Positions 1 to 9,890 of a stretch of DNA of 24,882 nt are shown piece after piece. The DNA is from a virus (lineage: Duplodnaviria; Caudoviricetes), in IMG/VR virus record IMGVR_UViG_3300032248_000756, positions 1 to 24,882 of that record. One strand, given 5' to 3'. Positions within the stretch are counted from its first letter, which is position 1, and each line of letters starts with the position of its first letter. The translations under genes and the position numbers were made by a program. Under the pieces are notes generated by a model. The model was not told where the DNA came from. It saw only the letters and a list, made by a program, of their open reading frames with translations, and did no database searches.

Positions 1-1
1 A

Positions 2-1171
2 TCCGGCATTTTAGGGGCTGCAGGTACTCTTGCTTTAGGTACCCAGCAAATTCTTGGCATGGTCCTTCCGTCGCCGGAAAAAGCCATGTACACCGAGATG
101 CTCGGGCAAAGAATGAACTTTTACAATAGAAATACAAGTTTGCCCCAAGCCTACAATATGCAATATAAAGCGGGGGCTATGGGGATGGCCACCAGTGATA
201 TGGATGCGATGTACGCATCTAATGTGGGTATTAGTAGGGGTCTCACACCTGGTTTAAGTAACTTCGGGCCTACGGAGGGGTTTGGCGGAGTTATGGGGGG
301 CGCCGCTTTATTCTCCAACTTAAGCCCTGGCGTTGGTTTACAAGGAGGCATGGGGGCTGTTGCTTCTTTAAACCAGGCTAGAAGCGTTAATCGCCTGCGT
401 ATGATTGGCATCAATGTTAGAAATACAGATGGCTCTGGTATGCGGGATGTCCCAGCTATTATTGATGATTTGTACAATATTTTAAAAAACGCCGCCGGGG
501 GCGAGCTCACAGAACAGGCAATCGCTGTATCGGCAATGTCTGGTAACGCCTTAGACAGCATATTGAACCAATACTTCGGGGATGATGAGGTTCTTCGCCA
601 ATCTGTCTTAGCAGCGCTTGTTCAAAAAGCCCGCACAGGTGGAAAGAAAATGGCAATTGCTGGGACTAAAGAAGAGCTAATGGGCACAGGGGGGTTAACT
701 CAGACAGCAATTAGTACCGCTAATAGAAATGTTCTTGGAACTCGTTTGACTCAGGCTTTTTCCACCCCTGTTAATACTGGAACTATTCAGGCAAACACCG
801 CTATCTCAAGTTTGAATAACCTTGTGACAAACATGAGTAGTAATGATTTAATTAAAGGTGTTAGTGCTCTGCAATCTTTTCTTGAAGTGCTAGGAGGTGC
901 TGGAGGGGGAGCTGGGGCAGGTCTTATTGGGCTTTTAACAGGGGTAGGCTCTGACGTGGGCTCTTTGTTTGGAGGCACCGGAGGCGGCGCGTTCTTAGAT
1001 GTGTTTAAAGGCATCCTTGGAATGGGCACTCTAGCTGTGGCACCCTCTATCGGGCAATCTATAAGTAACCCTGCCTCAGTGGCAACTACAGGTTTGTATG
1101 GAAGTGCGCCTGCCAATATTAATGTAAACGTTCAATGGGATTGGGTAAAGCAAGGAACAGGTAAAAAGTAA
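2..1171 (+). CDS. Tail tape-measure protein, C-terminal part (5'-truncated)
   Basis: The frame is open from base 2 through the ATG at 59 to TAA at 1169-1171. The sequence is Gly/Ala/Leu-rich and helical (GGAGGGAGAGLIGLLTG) and lies directly upstream of baseplate genes. Confidence 0.7.
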   Translation, partial: SGILGAAGTLALGTQQILGMVLPSPEKAMYTEMLGQRMNFYNRNTSLPQAYNMQYKAGAMGMATSDMDAMYASNVGISRGLTPGLSNFGPTEGFGGVMGGAALFSNLSPGVGLQGGMGAVASLNQARSVNRLRMIGINVRNTDGSGMRDVPAIIDDLYNILKNAAGGELTEQAIAVSAMSGNALDSILNQYFGDDEVLRQSVLAALVQKARTGGKKMAIAGTKEELMGTGGLTQTAISTANRNVLGTRLTQAFSTPVNTGTIQANTAISSLNNLVTNMSSNDLIKGVSALQSFLEVLGGAGGGAGAGLIGLLTGVGSDVGSLFGGTGGGAFLDVFKGILGMGTLAVAPSIGQSISNPASVATTGLYGSAPANINVNVQWDWVKQGTGKK

Positions 1172-2202
1172 TGACTGCCTCAGGTAAAAGCACAGCTGCT
1201 AACTACAAAGCAAAAGTTACATCTGGTATGCCTAAAAGCTCTGCGGGAGCACAAAGCTTGATTAGAAGCACTGCTGGAGGGCCCTTGACACTTCCTCCTA
1301 ATAAGGTCCCAGATGTTAAAGGAACTAGTTTCTCAGGAAACGCCGATGACGCAAAAATAACAAAACCAAGTTTTGCCGAAATTCAAACGCAATACAACTG
1401 GAACTTGCCCCCGCATATTTCAAGCCTACCCGTTGACCACACCTACCTAGATGGGCTGACCGTAGATAGCGTCGGCATCGGTGATGAAGACGCCAGCCAT
1501 GTAAAAAGGCGCGGAAGAATCTTTTATTACTCACGCGTGAACACATCTTACGCGGGGGATTTTCAAGGCGGCGAAGACCCCCGTTACGGGTTTCAGTTTC
1601 TTTGGAACCCAGTTAGTTTTCAAACGTCTGTGTCTGTCAATTTAGATATCACGCCGACTTCTTTTGATAAGTTTGTGGGTGTTGTAGGAGCTTTTCCAAG
1701 CGGCGAGGCGCTCAGCGTTACTATTAAATTAGATAGACGCAATGACTTTTTTGCATTGCGCTCATACAGGCAGGCCGAGGGAGACGCTAAAAAGTTTAAT
1801 GTTACGTCGCAAAACTTGGGAGTTCTTAAAGAGTCTTATAAATACGGTCTCAATTCCGCGCAAGATAATAACGAGACTTTTATAAAAAAGCTAAATGACC
1901 TTGCTCTTAGAGGCACTGTTTCAGATGTCGAATACCTGTACAAGGCTATAAACGGTCCTGGGTGGTTTAACGATGCCCTCTCAAAGGAAATGGCAGTTAG
2001 CTCCGACATCGGATTCTTAACCCCAACTCTTTTAAGAATTGATATCGGCCCTATTTCGTATCTTGGCTACGTAAGCAGCATGGTGGTTTCCCATATCGGC
2101 TTTACTAAAGGCATGATTCCGATTGAAACCGACGTGTCATTGAGCTTTAACTTGATGGCCACCGCCGGTAAAGCCTCTCAAGGGAAGTTGGTGTCTCAGT
2201 AA
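1171..2202 (+). CDS. Tail tube initiator / CIS-tube-like baseplate protein
   Basis: 343 aa with a TAATG overlap to the previous gene. The motifs YGFQFLWNPxS and GYVSSMVVSH..F...MIPIETDVSLSF resemble tube-initiator folds. It sits between the tape measure and the LysM/gpX gene. Confidence 0.55.
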   Translation: MTASGKSTAANYKAKVTSGMPKSSAGAQSLIRSTAGGPLTLPPNKVPDVKGTSFSGNADDAKITKPSFAEIQTQYNWNLPPHISSLPVDHTYLDGLTVDSVGIGDEDASHVKRRGRIFYYSRVNTSYAGDFQGGEDPRYGFQFLWNPVSFQTSVSVNLDITPTSFDKFVGVVGAFPSGEALSVTIKLDRRNDFFALRSYRQAEGDAKKFNVTSQNLGVLKESYKYGLNSAQDNNETFIKKLNDLALRGTVSDVEYLYKAINGPGWFNDALSKEMAVSSDIGFLTPTLLRIDIGPISYLGYVSSMVVSHIGFTKGMIPIETDVSLSFNLMATAGKASQGKLVSQ

Positions 2203-2483
2203 TGGCTATCAACCCGCAGTCTAGATACTACAGCTCCAAGGTGGGGTACGTTAGAAAGACTTATGACGGGGACTACACCCCTATAGTTTTTTACTCCCCT
2301 GATTCTTTAACGGAGATAATTTACCGTGACCATATATATAAGCAGGGTGAGCGCTTAGAAAGCATTGCTTATAAGTATTTTAATCGCCCTGATTTATGGT
2401 GGACAATTGTAGAGTACAATCCTGATATTAAAGATTTTTTTAATATCACCCCCGGAACAGTATTAAGAATTCCAAATGTTTGA
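2202..2483 (+). CDS. LysM/gpX-like (T4 gp53-like) baseplate protein
   Basis: HIYKQGERLESIAYKYFNRPDLWWTIVEYNP...ITPGTVLRIP is a typical LysM/gpX signature; TAATG coupling. Confidence 0.85.
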   Translation: MAINPQSRYYSSKVGYVRKTYDGDYTPIVFYSPDSLTEIIYRDHIYKQGERLESIAYKYFNRPDLWWTIVEYNPDIKDFFNITPGTVLRIPNV

Positions 2484-3798
2484 TTATCTAACCATTGATT
2501 TTCCTTTATCTAATATTGGCCCTGGGAGAGTTTACGCGTTCGAGCTTTACACACAGCGTTACGCCCATGAAATGGTCAAAGTTTCATTCAGGGATTGGGA
2601 CATTAATTTTCTGTCTATAAAACCGGGCACCCCTGTGCAATGCCAGCTTAAAAGTAATTCCTCCTCTCGCATGTTCTATGGGTATGTGCACAATATTGAA
2701 ACTAAAACAACCCCAAATCAGAATTTTGCGGAATTGCTGTTAATCGGGGCTTCGTACAAATTAAAACAGGCAGACCAGAAAATTTATACTGATGTGACTG
2801 CCGACCAGGTAGTCAAACAGATTGCCGAGAAGCATGGGTTTGCTTACTACACAGAGGCTCATCCGCGTGTCTACGACCAAATAGCACAAGCAGGCCACAC
2901 TGACCTGGAGCTGATGGTTAGACTGGCGCGGCAATCAGGTTACTCACTTAGGCTTCAAAACACCGAAATTTATTTTTTGCCTTTGATGACTGACTACACC
3001 TCAATGAGAGCCAGCGCCCCTTCTTTTATTATGACAGAGGCCAGCAACCCAGGAGGCTCAACTGTTTACTCATTCAACATGTTAGCTGGCGAATCGATAT
3101 TATTTGAAGATGCCTTCAAGTCAGCTGTGAAAGTATCTGGTGTTGACCCTCTAGCTAAAACTATTTTTAGCGAGACCAACAAGGATAGGCTAGCCGTTAC
3201 TAGGAATATTTCTAGCACTGAGTTCTTTGACAGTTTTGCCACCAATGTCGTAGCACCCACATCGTCCGTCGCTCAAAGCGAGGCTTTGGCTGCAGATGTT
3301 AGAAACAGGTTTCCTTATAGAGCCTCTGCAGAAGTAATTGGCGACCCTCAATTGCGCCCAGATATGCCTGTTTATATAAACGGCGTAAATAAATATTACG
3401 ATGGCTATTGGACTGTTATCAGCGCTACCCATAAGGTAGTCGAAAAAAATAGAAATATGTATACTTACATAACTGAGCTTGAGTTAGGCACTGACTCTCT
3501 AGGAGGAGCTTTAATCTGGGAAGACGGTAAAACTATCGGAAAGCCCACGACTAGCTCCAGAGTGCTGATTAAAAATGAAAACACTGCGACCATCACTCCG
3601 ACCTCAAAACTGACTTCTGTAATTAATCCTGTGAATGCTTTAGAAACCAGTGGGTTTACTGAGGCTTCTAATAGACCTCAAGAAGCTGCTGCAAGAAGAT
3701 ACTGGCAAAGTGATTCTAGTAATTTAAGACAAGTATTATTTGAGTCTAATAGATTACCGGGAACTGTGGCAAGATTGAGGTCTAAAAATGTCATCTAA
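2476..3798 (+). CDS. Baseplate hub protein (P2 gpD / T4 gp27 / VgrG N-terminal-like)
   Basis: Motifs TADQVVKQIAEKHGF, QAGHTDLELMVRLARQSGY and GDPQLRPDMPVYINGV...DGYWTVISATH; gene order in the baseplate module. Confidence 0.85.
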   Translation: MFDYLTIDFPLSNIGPGRVYAFELYTQRYAHEMVKVSFRDWDINFLSIKPGTPVQCQLKSNSSSRMFYGYVHNIETKTTPNQNFAELLLIGASYKLKQADQKIYTDVTADQVVKQIAEKHGFAYYTEAHPRVYDQIAQAGHTDLELMVRLARQSGYSLRLQNTEIYFLPLMTDYTSMRASAPSFIMTEASNPGGSTVYSFNMLAGESILFEDAFKSAVKVSGVDPLAKTIFSETNKDRLAVTRNISSTEFFDSFATNVVAPTSSVAQSEALAADVRNRFPYRASAEVIGDPQLRPDMPVYINGVNKYYDGYWTVISATHKVVEKNRNMYTYITELELGTDSLGGALIWEDGKTIGKPTTSSRVLIKNENTATITPTSKLTSVINPVNALETSGFTEASNRPQEAAARRYWQSDSSNLRQVLFESNRLPGTVARLRSKNVI

Positions 3799-4573
3799 TT
3801 TTTATGATACTTTATTTAATGCCCCTGAAGATAAAAGATTTTATGGAATTTATAGGGGTATTGTAGTTGATAGCAATGACCCTTTGAAAAAAAATCGGTT
3901 AAAAATTAAAGTTCCTCAAATTACGGGGGATGCTGTAACCAACTGGGCATGGCCTTGTTTGACTGTTGCCGGAGTTGCTAATTCTTTTGCAAATGGTGCT
4001 TATGGGTCTTTCCAGAGTTTTGTTACTCAAACTACTACCGCCAACACCGCTACTAAAATGACGCTTAACCAAGTGGATGCTAGTAATGGGGTTACGCTTA
4101 CTGCTGACACGGGAGAAACTACTAACAAATCAAAAATAGTTTTTGAGCAGGCAGGTCTTTATAACATTCAATGGTCAGGGCAGTTTCAAAACACAGACAA
4201 CCAACTCCATGACGTATCTGTTTGGATACGTAAAGGTAACGACGGCGGTACAAGCGAAGATGTCGTAGGTAGTACGGGTTTGATTTCTGTTCCTAATAAA
4301 CATGGTGGTGTAGATGGTCATACTATTGCTGGATGGAATTATCTTCTTAACGTAAATAAAGATGATTATTTGCAATTTTATTGGTCAACTGATAGTACGC
4401 AAGTATCTATTCAGTTTTACGCTGCTGGTACTAGCCCCACAAGGCCTACGACAGCAAGCCTCATTGTTACGGTTGACCCAGTTTCCACTTCTCTTTCCGC
4501 TGCCGGTAATGGTGTGTGGGTTATGTATGAGGGTGGAGACCCTAACTTTCCAGTATGGATGGGAGTATTTTAA
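3788..4573 (+). CDS. Baseplate spike, gp5/gpV OB-fold with an inserted beta-sandwich domain
   Basis: The N-terminal YGIYRGIVVDSNDPLKKNRLKIKVPQ...WAWPC and the C-terminal GNGVWVMYEGGDPNFPVWMG are the two halves of the gp5 OB-fold, separated by about 175 aa. Confidence 0.8.
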   Translation: MSSNFYDTLFNAPEDKRFYGIYRGIVVDSNDPLKKNRLKIKVPQITGDAVTNWAWPCLTVAGVANSFANGAYGSFQSFVTQTTTANTATKMTLNQVDASNGVTLTADTGETTNKSKIVFEQAGLYNIQWSGQFQNTDNQLHDVSVWIRKGNDGGTSEDVVGSTGLISVPNKHGGVDGHTIAGWNYLLNVNKDDYLQFYWSTDSTQVSIQFYAAGTSPTRPTTASLIVTVDPVSTSLSAAGNGVWVMYEGGDPNFPVWMGVF

Positions 4574-4993
4574 ATGACATATTCAATTCCTTCAAAGCCG
4601 ACTAAATATGTATCTATAGATTTGCCTTTTAGATTTGTTGGCGGAAATGTCGGGTATGTAGACACCAATAATAAAAAATACTGGCAAAATAAAGTAGCTG
4701 CTGTTATTGGGTCTGAAAAAGGCGAACGTATTTGGAAACCTTTATATGGGGCCTCCATAACTGCTCTTACTGCTTTTGAACCCTCAGGAGCCTTAATGAG
4801 CTCAATTGCAGAGGCTATAAGTGAGGCTCTTCGTAGATGGTTACCTGAAGTGCTATTTGATGACGTAGAAGGTGTGTATAATTATCAAACAGCTACGGTA
4901 ATTTTAACCGTGACGTTTAAATCACCTGGCGGTTCAAAAGAGTCTGTTAAAATTAGGTCGGGTAATTTTTCAATAACTGGAGAGGCACACTAG
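4574..4993 (+). CDS. gp25/gpW-like baseplate wedge / sheath initiator
   Basis: IDLPFRF, GERIWKPLYGA and ISEALRRWLPEV match the GPW_gp25 pattern. Confidence 0.85.
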   Translation: MTYSIPSKPTKYVSIDLPFRFVGGNVGYVDTNNKKYWQNKVAAVIGSEKGERIWKPLYGASITALTAFEPSGALMSSIAEAISEALRRWLPEVLFDDVEGVYNYQTATVILTVTFKSPGGSKESVKIRSGNFSITGEAH

Positions 4994-5003
4994 GTAATAA
5001 ATC

Positions 5004-6476
5004 ATGGCAACTAATTTACCCCCTGTACCCCAAATAGACTACACGTCTCGAGATTACACGGCCCTCCGTGATGACATGATTGGTCTTATTGAAAACTTTG
5101 CTCCTCAATGGACCTCCCGAGATTCCTCAGATTTCGGCATCGTCCTTATTGAGCTATTCTCGTACATGGGAGACCTTCTTAATTATTACATTGACCGTGC
5201 GGCTAATGAAGCCTTCTTAAGCTCTGCTACCCAGCGCGAAACTGTAATTAACATGGCGCGGTTGTTAAACTACACGCCTACCAATGTTTTAGCAGCCTCT
5301 GGAACTGTTAAGTTTTTCAATAACACAAATGCTTCTAAAGACATTCCTAAAGGAACTATAGTAGCTACTGACCCAGACCAAGACGGCAACCGAGTTTACT
5401 TTGAAACCCAAAGTATTGTTACGGGTCTTGCTTCAGGTGCACAGTCGGCTGCTATTAATATTCTTCAGGGAATAACAGTAGCTCAAGAGCAGATGGGCAC
5501 GTCTACAGGCGACCCTAATCAAATTTTTAAAATTAGCAAAACCCCCGTAATTCAAAGCAGTGTGACCGTGACAGTTGCTAACCGCCCTTACACTGTGAAA
5601 GAGCACTTGGTTGACTACGGCCCTACAGATGAAGTGTGCTCTTTAATAACTGACGGAGCAGGATACACCTATGTAGTTTTTGGCAACGGGGTCTCTGGAA
5701 AGATTCCGCCTGTCGGTTCTGTGATTTACTGCACTTACAGATACGGCGGAGGAAAACTAGGCAATCTCGGCTCAGGTTCCATCACCACGATTACCAGCAC
5801 CGGTTTTTACGGCATTGAGGTTACTCAAGAGCTTGAGACTTCTGGCGGAGCTGACGCGGAGTCTACCGACTCTATTAGAATGAACGCCCCCTCGTCTCTC
5901 AGGAGCGTGAATAGGGCAGTTTCCTTGCTTGACTACGCCCAGATAGCAATTCAGGTTACAGGTATTGCAAAAGCTATTGCAGCATCAGACGTATTTACGT
6001 CAGTTAATTTGTATGTTGCATGTTTTGATGGGGCTTCTTTAAGTTCTCAAACAGGGCTTGAGCAAACTATAAAAGATTATTTTGTAAATAAAACGCCCCC
6101 TAACACCACCTTGACCGTATCTGATTTCACCCCAATTTATCCTGTGGTGCATGTAGAAGTGACCACAAGAGCAGGGTATGACTCCACAGATATTAAAGAA
6201 CAGGTTAAAGCGGCGCTGTTTAATCTTTTTGCTTTTGATAACGTCAGTTTTAATGACACTATAACTCAAGAAGACATCCTCAACGCTGCGGGAACTTACT
6301 CTATTCCAGGTGTGCAGGGGTTGAAGATAACGCGTATGGAAAACCAAGCTAACCAAACGGACCCAACATCCGCCGACGGGACTGTTACGTCCACAACTAA
6401 ATTAATTTACGCAATAAATGAGATTCCGATTCCTTTAACAGCCGATAACTTCTTCTTGGTCAAGGACCCGACATGA
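5004..6476 (+). CDS. Baseplate J-like wedge protein
   Basis: IDYTSRDY, SDFGIVLIELFSYMGDLLNYYIDRAANEAFLSSA, GGADAESTDSIR and RAVSLLDY are baseplate-J / T4 gp6 motifs. Confidence 0.9.
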   Translation: MATNLPPVPQIDYTSRDYTALRDDMIGLIENFAPQWTSRDSSDFGIVLIELFSYMGDLLNYYIDRAANEAFLSSATQRETVINMARLLNYTPTNVLAASGTVKFFNNTNASKDIPKGTIVATDPDQDGNRVYFETQSIVTGLASGAQSAAINILQGITVAQEQMGTSTGDPNQIFKISKTPVIQSSVTVTVANRPYTVKEHLVDYGPTDEVCSLITDGAGYTYVVFGNGVSGKIPPVGSVIYCTYRYGGGKLGNLGSGSITTITSTGFYGIEVTQELETSGGADAESTDSIRMNAPSSLRSVNRAVSLLDYAQIAIQVTGIAKAIAASDVFTSVNLYVACFDGASLSSQTGLEQTIKDYFVNKTPPNTTLTVSDFTPIYPVVHVEVTTRAGYDSTDIKEQVKAALFNLFAFDNVSFNDTITQEDILNAAGTYSIPGVQGLKITRMENQANQTDPTSADGTVTSTTKLIYAINEIPIPLTADNFFLVKDPT

Positions 6477-9400
6477 CAGACGCCTCTGCTTTAGCTTCTA
6501 AAGCTAAAACTACTTTAAAGGTCAGACCCGCTAATTACGGGGTCACTCACTTATACTGGTCTTTCCTGTCCTCCGGTTGGGATAGCGTAACTTTAGTTAG
6601 AAATTTAAACGGCTACCCGACCGCTATAACTGATGGGGAGACTCTTTATACCTGGACAAGCGACCCCAGCACATCTAAAACATACTTAGGCGTTACTTCT
6701 AAGTATCACTTTTTTGACACCGGGTCCGCTATAACTTCCAGCACTATAAATCCTGGAAAAGGCGTGACAGGGACCTCATTGCAGGGTAAGACCGCTTACT
6801 ACGCGTTATTCATGACTTACACGGTCAGTTCAAATCAATACGTTACTAGAAGTGCTTTTGCCTCAACTCCTGTTATCAAAGATGATGGTATGTTAAACGC
6901 TTTGATGAATAGCATTCCTGCCGTTTACAAAGCTGACGGAACTGATTTGCAAGACTTTATAGGGCTCTTTGCGTTTCACCTCTCTTTATACAAACAACAG
7001 GCAACCAATGTTTTCGACATGCACAACCCCCTGACAGTTGACTCAAAGTTGTTAGCGGAGTTGTTAAATCAGTTTGGCGCGTCTTTATATGGAGGTATGA
7101 GCGTCGCCCAAGGAAGAACGCTCCTTGCTAATTTGATAGAGTCTTATACTCAGTCAGGGTCCACTGCCGGAATTAAAAACTTCATTGAGCTTTATTCTGG
7201 ATACAGTTCTTATATTGCAACCAGCCCCGTCCCAGGAGGCGGGGTTAACATGGTGCTCGACTACAACTCGGCTAGCTTTGTTGAGTCCACAGGTAATTGG
7301 TACCCGAGTATTGTCACAGGAAGCACCGCGTTCAATGCGTCCGCTCCTTATGCTCCTTTTATCTCTTGGATTAAATCCAGTGAAGCCTCCGTAGTGCCCT
7401 ACGGCACTAATGTTAGCGACGCTTATCAAGGAATATTCAAAGATAAAGGGTTCCTTAAAATAACTGCTGTACTAGGAGCTACACAAGATGTGACCCTTCG
7501 CCTGGGGTCTAAAATAACAATAGCTGCTACCACTGCTGCCACTGCAGCCACCTCTGTTGTTTGCAAGCCTCTGATTGCTAAAGTCGGGGATTATGTAATC
7601 CACCCTTCTGTTGAGGCAGGGACCTACGTAACCGCTGTTAACACAACAACAGCGGCTTTGACGTTGTCTAATAAGTTGAACAGCAATGTCGCTACTAATG
7701 ACGAGATTCGTTTTTCAGCGGTCGCTTTAGACAGGCAGTCTTCTTTAGAGGCGCATATCCCAGTAGCGGCAAGCACTGCCTACACATTTAGTGCTTTTTT
7801 CAACAGAGGTTCTTACACAGGTAAAAGTGTGAAACTTGCTGTCATGTGGTACGACAAAGCAGGGACGCTGTTAAGCACCTCAACTTACGGAACTACCCTG
7901 AACACAGCTTCTGGGAGCGCTAACACTTGGCAAGGCGCCTCTGTTACTGCTACATCTCCCGTTAACTCAAAGTACGCAATGCCTATTATCACGTTTATAA
8001 GTTGCGTAAACGGCGACATTATGTATGTAGACGGTGTTCAATTTGAGGCGGGGTCTGGAGCAACAACATTCCAGGATGCTCGTGTAGTCAATATTACAGT
8101 GCAACCTAACCGGATTAACGAAGTTTTAAACCCAAGTTTTGAAACTAACACAACTTATTGGTGGACTTCAAATGATATTGCACCTGTTTTATCTTCCGCA
8201 TCAGGAGCTGCTGTAACAACCAGAACTACTGCAGCACACGTCACTGGGTCTTACGCAGGCTCTGTAACATTAACAACCCCAGCTGTTAAATCAGGTAATA
8301 TAACTAAAGGAAGTGTTTCTGCGACAGCTACTGTAACTACAGTTGGGGCGCATGGGTACACCACAGGAGACACAGTTTATATTAAAGTTACTGGAAGCGA
8401 ACTTATTGGCGGGGGAGTAATTACCACAACAAGCACAAATGTATTCACAGTTGGAGCATTTGCGGGAACGGCTTTTAGTTCTGCATCATGCATAATGTAC
8501 AAAGCAAACGCTGCAGGAATTAATATTAGAGCTATAAAACCTTCGTTTAATGAACTTGTACCTGTAAGCAGTGCTTCTTATGATTTAAGCGGAAACATTG
8601 TAGTTAACACTGCTTGGCCTATTTATTTTACGGCAGGCTCCACTGTAACGGGTGGTTCTACCGTGCCTAATGATATGACGGATACAAATGATGTCCAAAC
8701 TACCATTATCTCTGTAGATAGTGCTACTACTTTTACCACAAGTTCCTCTGGAACAAACACGTCTTCATTATTTGATAATAATGCCTATGTGTTTTCTACC
8801 GTCTTAACTAATTTTTTCATGTCAAAAAATATTTACTTCAATAACTCTACAACCAGCGCTACTGTTTCGGGAATCACAATCGATGCTAATAGTCAATACG
8901 TTTTTAATTTAAGCGCAAAGTTAGCAGCTGCTACTACCGGCGTGGGAGTAGCCGCGTTACCTTACATAATTACCAATCCAAATGACAACACAAATTACAG
9001 AATTGACAATTTACCCACAATCTCAGGGGTTTCATGCGTCAATAATGTGGCTACTTTCTACACTAACACCCCACACCAGTTCTTAAAAAGCGACAAGGTG
9101 CAGATATTCGGGTTGCCGTCAACTTATTATGTTGACGCAGCTAATACTGTTACCGCTGCAAGTTTCAACACCACTAACGCCAATACTATCTACACCATAA
9201 CTGAGGTGGGAGATAAGTATTTCAAGGCAACTAGAACCACTGCTATGACCACTACAGCTGTGGGGAGAGTTTATTTTAACGCGGGAGTAGCTAATGCAAG
9301 TATTGCCTACGCTATGTGGGATATATCAACAAACTGGGTCAGGATGTCGGTGCCTGGTAACTCCATTGGGTTGACATTGGGGGCTAATAACTACACTAAA

Positions 9401-9736
9401 GCTATTGCAGGTCTTTATGTGGTGCAAACGTTCGACACCAACAACACCGGCGCAACTTTAAACGTCCTTGTAGACAATGCGTTATTAGAAAAAGGCGGCT
9501 CAAGGAATTTTTACTTTGATGGTCATTATGACGGCCACGCCTTGTATGACGCTGCTGATAGAGACACCCGATGGGAAGGCACAGCTGACGCCTCCAGGTC
9601 TTATTACTACAAAGATTTAGCGTACGCACAAGCGAGGTTGAAGGATATTTTGCCTGATTCAATTTTGTACGGGTCGGGGACTTTGGGTGTAGGCCCAGGG
9701 TGGGCTGCTATTTATAACTTAATTTACTCTGCATAG
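6473..9736 (+). CDS. Large tail protein: P2 gpI-like wedge domain plus carbohydrate-binding (CBM-like) modules; probable tail fibre / receptor-binding protein
   Basis: 1087 aa, Thr/Ser/Ala-rich. It contains a gpI-like segment (SIPAVYK...DLQDFIGLF...GSTAGIKNFIELYSGY) and CBM-like signatures (NSASFVESTGNW, YTFSAFF, YVDGVQFEAG, LNPSFETNTTYW, VDNALLEKG..YFDG). ATGA overlap with the J gene. Confidence 0.75.
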   Translation: MTDASALASKAKTTLKVRPANYGVTHLYWSFLSSGWDSVTLVRNLNGYPTAITDGETLYTWTSDPSTSKTYLGVTSKYHFFDTGSAITSSTINPGKGVTGTSLQGKTAYYALFMTYTVSSNQYVTRSAFASTPVIKDDGMLNALMNSIPAVYKADGTDLQDFIGLFAFHLSLYKQQATNVFDMHNPLTVDSKLLAELLNQFGASLYGGMSVAQGRTLLANLIESYTQSGSTAGIKNFIELYSGYSSYIATSPVPGGGVNMVLDYNSASFVESTGNWYPSIVTGSTAFNASAPYAPFISWIKSSEASVVPYGTNVSDAYQGIFKDKGFLKITAVLGATQDVTLRLGSKITIAATTAATAATSVVCKPLIAKVGDYVIHPSVEAGTYVTAVNTTTAALTLSNKLNSNVATNDEIRFSAVALDRQSSLEAHIPVAASTAYTFSAFFNRGSYTGKSVKLAVMWYDKAGTLLSTSTYGTTLNTASGSANTWQGASVTATSPVNSKYAMPIITFISCVNGDIMYVDGVQFEAGSGATTFQDARVVNITVQPNRINEVLNPSFETNTTYWWTSNDIAPVLSSASGAAVTTRTTAAHVTGSYAGSVTLTTPAVKSGNITKGSVSATATVTTVGAHGYTTGDTVYIKVTGSELIGGGVITTTSTNVFTVGAFAGTAFSSASCIMYKANAAGINIRAIKPSFNELVPVSSASYDLSGNIVVNTAWPIYFTAGSTVTGGSTVPNDMTDTNDVQTTIISVDSATTFTTSSSGTNTSSLFDNNAYVFSTVLTNFFMSKNIYFNNSTTSATVSGITIDANSQYVFNLSAKLAAATTGVGVAALPYIITNPNDNTNYRIDNLPTISGVSCVNNVATFYTNTPHQFLKSDKVQIFGLPSTYYVDAANTVTAASFNTTNANTIYTITEVGDKYFKATRTTAMTTTAVGRVYFNAGVANASIAYAMWDISTNWVRMSVPGNSIGLTLGANNYTKAIAGLYVVQTFDTNNTGATLNVLVDNALLEKGGSRNFYFDGHYDGHALYDAADRDTRWEGTADASRSYYYKDLAYAQARLKDILPDSILYGSGTLGVGPGWAAIYNLIYSA

Positions 9737-9809
9737 TGCCCTCGGTGGGATTCGGACCCACGCTGTACCGAGTTTAAGTCGGTTGCCTCTACCGCTGGGC
9801 TACAAGGGC
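9737..9809 (-). tRNA. tRNA-Leu (anticodon TAA), short variable loop, no encoded CCA
   Basis: The reverse complement folds as a cloverleaf: GCCCTTG TA GCCCAGCGGTAGAGGC A ACCGA CTTAAAC TCGGT ACAGC GTGGG TCCGAAT CCCAC CGAGGGC A. Confidence 0.85.
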
Positions 9810-9810
9810 T

Positions 9811-9886
<76 letters not shown>

Positions 9887-9890
9887 TTAG

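Noticed and set aside
3880-3896. Poly-A run as a programmed frameshift site in the spike gene (similar run near 22517)
   Set aside because: The reading frames are intact and no useful alternative-frame extension is evident.
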